Virus record (IMG/VR): IMGVR_UViG_3300036770_001422
Span: 1 to 61,044 of that record
Length of the DNA: 61,044 bases
Strand: one strand, 5' to 3'
Source of the DNA: a virus
Lineage: Duplodnaviria; Caudoviricetes
The position numbers and the translations under genes are program-made. The first letter of the stretch is position 1; each line of letters opens with the position of its first letter. The notes below the pieces were generated by a model, which made no database searches, was not told where the DNA came from, and was given only the letters and a program-made list of their open reading frames with translations. Shown piece after piece: positions 59,701 through 61,044 of this stretch.

Positions 59701-61044
59701 TTATGCAGGTGGTTATTATGTTATCACTTCTACAAATAGTGCAACACCTATCTATAGAAGTAATGATGGTATAACATGGACTACTAATGGATACTTTACT
59801 CCATATGGTTCTGTACCATACGATAGTATTCCATATGATATGACTTCAATCAATATTGCGGCATTGTCATTATATTCAGTAGCATATAAAAATGGTTACT
59901 ACATGGCAGTCGGTGACAATATTGTGCGCAGTGACGATACATATATTTGGAGAGAAAGTTTTAACTTCAATACTGTTCTCAATAACACATTATATGGTAT
60001 AAGCCCAATAACATTATTGTCTGGTCCTGTTACAATATTTGATGGTTTTATTGCAGTTGGTAAAGGTCAACGTTATGATTACTCAACCGGTCTAACTGAA
60101 ATTGTTGATACTAATATTATCGTACAAACTACTGATGGTATATCATGGACTCAACTCCCTTCAGCAACTACTAAGGGAATGTATGGTGTTACTAGCAACA
60201 GTTCGATAGCATTAATTGTAGGTGAAGATGGTATAATCTATTATTCACAGAACGGTACTGATTGGATAGGAGTTACTGAAACTCAAGTTACAGGTATCAA
60301 TGGTGCTACAGATGTATTAGGTATTAACGCAATTAGCGGCTTAACAGTAAATGATCCTATCAGATTTACAGAGTCATTTGACGTATTAACTAGTGGTACA
60401 ACATATTATGTTCACACAGTAATATCTTCTACTCAAATTCAAGTAACTGATACTATAGGTAATCCTCCTATAGACTTATCAGGTGCAGGTTCTATTCCAG
60501 CACAAACAATCATGTACAAGTATCCAAGAACAGATACGTTACGTGATGTTCTTTGGGCTAACTCACAATTTATGGCAGTTGGTGATAATGGTAGAATTAC
60601 AACTAGCCCTGACGGTGTAACATGGACTGAAAGAGTATCAGGTACAATTCAAAATCTAAATGGATTAAATTATGTATCTGGCACAACATGGATTGTAGTT
60701 GGTGATAACAATACTATATTGAAGAGTACTGATGACGGGATTACATGGGAAAGTTCATCATTGTTCGTAGTTGCACCGACAGTATATGATGTTGTGGGCG
60801 ATCCTTTCCAATCAGGTTATGGTCCAGAAGAATTGGTTCCTGGAGTAATTACTGACGAATTAACTATGACAGTAGTAACTCGTCCAGGTACAAATTGGCC
60901 TGTGACAACATATGGGCATAGTGGTTATAACGTAGTATCATACGAATTTACACCAACATCATCAACTCAAACAGTTTATGATTGGACAGGTGATGTATTA
61001 GTTCCAGCACAATTAGCATGTTTTGTAATTAATGGTGTTACTGG
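44765..61044 (+). CDS. Giant (>5,400 aa, runs off the window end) virion structural protein in the gp7-like baseplate position, with beta-propeller and repeat domains
   Basis: Starts MATTRIRTLNFLPEIFQTPTN at 44765. The same frame reads as sense where spot-checked (52022: YVLNGLTQEY; 61022: FVINGVT). The track lists no terminated ORF in this frame, consistent with no stop before the window end. Confidence 0.85.
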   Translation, partial: MATTRIRTLNFLPEIFQTPTNTQFLGATLDQLVNPPITKRIEGYIGSKLGYGVNAKDYYVTEPTKVRTDYQLDPGVVFTKKNESTAQDFITYPGIIDSLRLEGGVTNNNDRMFESQFYSWDSFTDLDKIINFNQYYWLPDGPPAVQVAAATVFATNDYIITDLANGYNIRTLGSGAGSINPTLILLRGGTYNFYVNQSSQFWIQTAPGTSGYDPTQPNIYTRDVFGVSNNGAEQGIVTFTVPAKDAQDQYNYPGNNLVDVVSTTPFDQINGQLLSTVGSIDGVTSLNGLTVMFYDTGVPNETGYTSQYFGEGEYDTNIDLVAPLTISISATDVLGAITCSSTANLVSGQTITFDGTPFGGLDSYAVSGTIYYVDSILSSTQFTVTSYQAGSSTPQPVTLSTAFGFMTGNINQGLLEEGYTSTVSQNFYQITYVGDPSDPVLRLTPVSVIPTEQRITPVYGSSWIGRGFYRNTLGVIALIPAITAPLDTLYYQDGTSPNKVGIIKIIESNITNTLNVETDILGKKNFTSTNGITFTNGLKVEFDGDVIPSSYLQGQYYVEGVGTAIELIPVTTLVCPEDFTEGDYIPYDTAPYDIGNYDSNLFVPVLQDYITISRAGINKNAWSRSNRWFHIDVINATAEYNNDPNIVNLYATADAKAKRPIIEFYPNLKLFDAGTVGKNAIDFIDFKSTDALSQVAGQTGFYPDVETYTAYTGTLNGVVSGTSTTAIIDTTDIVGAFQIGQYVTDLRFSTSTMTYPSVLPSDAQITDIVEASGTTTLTIGWVDSISFATINNVQFVADDQQNDNYKVFDGARIVFASDTNINVKNKIYVVNFSSVTSSLLPVITLTEAPDGEVLPKDQTVVLRGFNYQGDTYFYDGIDWLKGQQKTDVNQPPLFDVVDSNNISFGDTEVYRGTTFIGSKLFAYGIGSGLDDTILGFPIRYSAIDNVGDISFDVSLNIDKFDYVSGTDPITQDVNTGYVLNYISRDVYERELGWQTAVGPSVQYQVFNFDYFIANPPANYVCDIAKLDTDQSEWPTIQVYINNVLQTSDAYTVSVGTDTTTVTLNDIINEDTVIQILLLSNQVSEKSYYTIPINLNNNPLNEDLTTANIGDIRAHYQTIYANNPNFQGPMFGSNNYRDLGNLVPYGTKIIQNSAALVLPGAFLRKQNHNIFDALLFNSREYIKFKTLLVDTINSTDYPQRFTPSYILDDALDQLSAAKSESQAFFWSDMLPSKAPYLTNTYTFNNDLDTSVYPLSRIYDFSTANYYGLLVYLSRVIEGTVVERQLITGQEYTVSTDSKSLTVTIPLQPQDQIIIKEYNQTYGSYIPNTPTKLGLYPAFIPSVVLDSDYTQPTYFIKGHDGSYTKLYGDYDPTLGILIDYRDQALLEFETRVYNNLKLSNPIPIQAYEVTPGFFRESDYSYDEYLEIYEKNFLNWIGQNRLNYKKQFYDKNNPFTFNYRNSGNKLDRQPIGQGYWRGIYEYYFGTSTPNETPWELLGFVNQPAWWTDRYGPAPYTSDNLILWGDLEAGINWNNGDPYVIPQEVRPNLLKVLPVDSAGNLLSPLDAIVGNYNDQTFQNQWDIGDDAPVELSYRRSSTWPFDLMRIMALTKPAKFFNLGVDLDNYKYSTEFNQYLVNDRSHLIISNIDIYGTGTPKTSYINWIVDYEKQLGIDATQNIKDLLFNIDVRLIYRLAGFSDKTLLKFYVEKGTPNSRNSSLLIPDESYQVLLYDNQPFDKGVYSSVIIQIDNGAFNVYGNSQSMAYFRTLTPLNNGNYDNIKVDAASVKITRDYSTEEILVPYGTSFYNIQDLSTFLASYGAWLNQKGFIFDQVEYGLEINWGQMIAEFLYWAQTGWGEGSVLTLNPSANLLKIDQPNSIVQPLTIQQTNFVLNQNLYPIQAVDMSVFRDGTLFTVKPLSQGDAIAYGQFNLSNFEHGIVFDNVTLFNDIIYNLVTGLRQTRITVRGTKTAEWNGTVTASGFILNQDNVQEWSREIKYTKGSIVLYKNKYWTALKIIQPSNVFNETDWKETEYNEIQKGLLPNSSTRSYESALYYDVNKANLEQDADLLSFSLIGYRPRDYLALADLTDITQINVYKNLIKNKGTRNAVEAFRGANLPQGGIDYEVYENWAIKSGQFGSITNNNFIEFKVNQEYMTANPSLVSLINGPSVASVQQEVPVYNLFNYSVPVQNPNILATIPKNAPAKLYPDAGYVNFNDVKMSSYFYSGLSSAVNKNGQVVPIQDFYVRNYVWLADYLAKWQVFTPVQNGRVVGARTNPNGTTTITFAEPHNLTKLDPFAIINFNSNVDGYYFVVEVVNLFEVLINLTFLTNEGQLNGEGIAVRFQSQRVDSPSDIANLPLLDSEFIKNTVWVDENSDGNWAVYRKSINYQYDREVTKAGSSTYGSAVAYTPRIGYLFSDAGLGEVYRYVLNGLTQEYDVIQTLSGNTSFGSQVLIVDNTIFVSEPTSGTPKVYVYYVNDSILSDDIITYQSPISAPIGVTNWGSALSASADGNWLYVSDVDNNKVYVYRRQSFEVDAGYLTVGKTYAITEVGDTDFAAISTTPTTTLNQIGEVFVASGTGTAGETGRARQINYELVNIIDGSTLGLTAGDNFGHSISTDYNGDTLVIGAPYIDYSGSILNWGKAYVYQRTAQTFEAQLNTTGLQTFGLAWTASTLNSATTQIYASNQIGVNVDFTGYENKPIVFSGSNFGSTGLQANKTYYIDTVVSATRITVKESRSSSTAVTLTPEASLTINGYLQLEPLYVTVNGTLISDDNYSVIGSIFNYTAPLKAGDIINISGDQFTLMQTLTTNNTPRVGVQYGYSVAVNNKGTDVLVGAPFDLSDVNEEGGVYRYTNGGSKYGIVIGTEDVNVTTNRVLLINGYSVTIPPGNATVAANAIIQEKITNITAAAQNDKLIIQVINSDLAQPNEKLLISAVDTNTLTELGIQVYTETQVIRCPHSEGPTQFGNNIKFNELNSVVISAPVGTRFAGTRFDFSDDETLENDTIFDNNATQFVDTSPNCGAVYMFDYLANYNESLSDPGQYVYAQSTNNLNINYGYSPLYGQALAFSNNRVLVGSPNFLPGAYNGQVVVYINATGEADWSVYRESSPIVDINKVKNIQLFSAETNNTLINLDYIDPLQGKILGACRENINVVSNNDPARYNSTEADQPGMTWGSKQVGQLWFDTTNVRFVNYHQNDDANYNAKYWGTVFPGSDVAVYSWVSSNVPPNLYIGPGTPYDITLFSTQDILSASDVVTPVYFFWVRNTNVIFRKEGKTLSDSIIETYIANPKNSGISFFAPLLQNVYAIYNCGQYYNANDSVLHIGYSNGRGDDLGHNEFTLIRANYADDFLPGLPNELLTHGFDANIHGNTPAGNNRPESLYDRMLDSLAGVDETGEVVPNPWLPKAVQSGVLARPRQSFFFDRFEALKNYLTYANEVLAQFPISETRRNASFLFAEGEFFNTTDYWEYVNWWATGYDNNTKSALQVPIYADLATLNVPVNTIVTVNTNGDGKFEVYRYDGEGVWTRIGLQQGTIQFKLYLWDYAAGKTGFGDNFFDTSAYDEFPSEETRYIIRALNEQIYTDELLIFRNKSLILLFEYIQSETDESQNYLPWLNKTSLVDVAHKIRELRPIEVFQSDNQDFLAGYINEVKPYHVVVKEFVFKYTGEEIFEGNITDFDLPATYNTSLEKYITPELVQTNVSSDSQYLPTNPIWQTQPYNQWFQNRGVTIGGQTEFEITILTSYLTLGTRFLIVDNAQGFPINGVLQIGEELISYSYVDRATNTISGLVRGYNNTPITDHIPGEKIFIDLPPVIVLNGGRGYIDPPRVIAYVDEALYGAPLRPAVLEAVMTLDSVLQINVIDPGQGYPVLPEIRIDPALQIIFTSADVNTLTNTIRLYAPNLRTGDLIQYRKGEIGGAVGGLVDRQWYYVNLLESDPTAVIALYSSYGDALNDRDRIQIYTDGTGSDHTLNLGAKASAITSASPVRENNIKLRFDRTTYTSQVQDWEAGQYYGAFFAGSYSNSEKVASSNVLLYSTQPPIGDILASAQGVAFEIASVVNDRNLTWSSFVRTVDSTVATGSLIRLTPYDDGAGDPNSSGSTIGFYVGMPIKFSGQIPSPLTIDTIYYVHSVVNITDFTVSATEGGPQLTGFSNVSIATIPGAFAYAGQVVDTAVLTVNYPGILTATATQAGSNTITVPLTDIGTGGTIGFYVGLPLFFTGTVYGGVTQNQVYYVTTIVDNETFTMSESSDPLMLSVTATTTGTDIITIESNDDLTINEPVIFNEMQVAGADVTSFGGLVSGTTYYVAEIVSATQIKVSATINGTIFSLSTVSSASDTGCTLTSQINTLPLITATGAMTVNVSLPVSPGQVNGQQFILYETSGQYANISVPGSDISNLIERTLTATLDNDKVGIKLSTGGVDNFYYNMPIQVETPPAGSNLTAGTTYYVVEYTGMEDPLNPGEYFTKLETEVYSTDGSYNILNCDSTDNLYIGMPIIFTGQSLGGIVISDEYYVRYFVTDAGSFVVGKSYTIEVPGTTDFTLIGAADNNPGTTFTATGVGTGTGTAYGEYPSVGGTKFKISAIKGGSVKTLTTANGLMTGTGDPYVKLSLSSSGSPEDLDYTNTEFNLVQFPSSSEAIPVLPVFDVSYILGGYRVLITNGGYGFAIDNQLVIPGNELGGVTPGNDLTMIVNTIDATGAITDVICSGTVPGLSERYYLKVISPNQFEVYSDPLMQVPVSGIDFPFVGFTTTTATDVTASNDRVTVTSSTDFDINDAVVFTGTMFSSEITLGQTYYIYDKPTSTTVRLTTNPGGSIINFASNASGSMLMTKAGSFALLPEPFYFNQSVVKFNNRVYICVVSNNDDEFIFGKWELLDPADRRLNALDRTIGYYQPTDNMPGVDLTQLYTGITYPNSTYLGNPFAPAEQYTLDTVLQGQEFYPTEVDVTSVIWNGTNYLAAANIPTYSAVLGSSTGDSWAIAKLTNVGIGATDIIYAGGYYVITSTNSATPIYRSNDGITWTTNGYFTPYGSVPYDSIPYDMTSINIAALSLYSVAYKNGYYMAVGDNIVRSDDTYIWRESFNFNTVLNNTLYGISPITLLSGPVTIFDGFIAVGKGQRYDYSTGLTEIVDTNIIVQTTDGISWTQLPSATTKGMYGVTSNSSIALIVGEDGIIYYSQNGTDWIGVTETQVTGINGATDVLGINAISGLTVNDPIRFTESFDVLTSGTTYYVHTVISSTQIQVTDTIGNPPIDLSGAGSIPAQTIMYKYPRTDTLRDVLWANSQFMAVGDNGRITTSPDGVTWTERVSGTIQNLNGLNYVSGTTWIVVGDNNTILKSTDDGITWESSSLFVVAPTVYDVVGDPFQSGYGPEELVPGVITDELTMTVVTRPGTNWPVTTYGHSGYNVVSYEFTPTSSTQTVYDWTGDVLVPAQLACFVINGVT

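Noticed and set aside
1-61044. Stop-codon reassignment, since no accepted gene ends in TAG
   Set aside because: Genes are full length and densely packed under the standard code, so TAG avoidance alone does not show recoding.
44759-61044. Apparent 16-kb gene desert containing only small ORFs in the track
   Set aside because: Artefact of a giant + strand ORF with no stop inside the window; the small listed ORFs are off-frame or antisense.

Overview
This window is part of a large T4-superfamily (myovirus-type) phage genome in the standard genetic code. From left to right it holds: (1) a minus-strand cluster of tail fibre/adhesin genes built from shared modules (1-14.7 kb); (2) a degenerate HNH gene and an orphan gene; (3) the head module (gp23, gp22, gp21, an acidic core protein, gp20); (4) a tape-measure-like protein with a GH19 lysozyme domain, then gp26/gp51-like hub genes; (5) a ~430 bp, densely structured non-coding region; (6) a Holliday junction resolvase, radical SAM, gp46, gp47 and gp55 cluster; (7) the baseplate operon, ending in a >5,400-codon ORF (44765 to past the window end) that the ORF track omits. 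The strongest novel candidate is the non-coding element at 27329-27763. It combines a multi-hairpin region, an AT-rich tract and DNA-type hairpins resembling the ColE1 primosome assembly site, so it may be an RNA-primed replication origin or a large ncRNA. Also notable: TAAATA late promoters placed exactly 5 nt before ATG (near-leaderless mRNAs), face-to-face late promoter pairs, and inverted repeats over the sigma70-like gp47 and gp55 promoters. All product calls come from motif recognition and synteny by eye; no searches were run.
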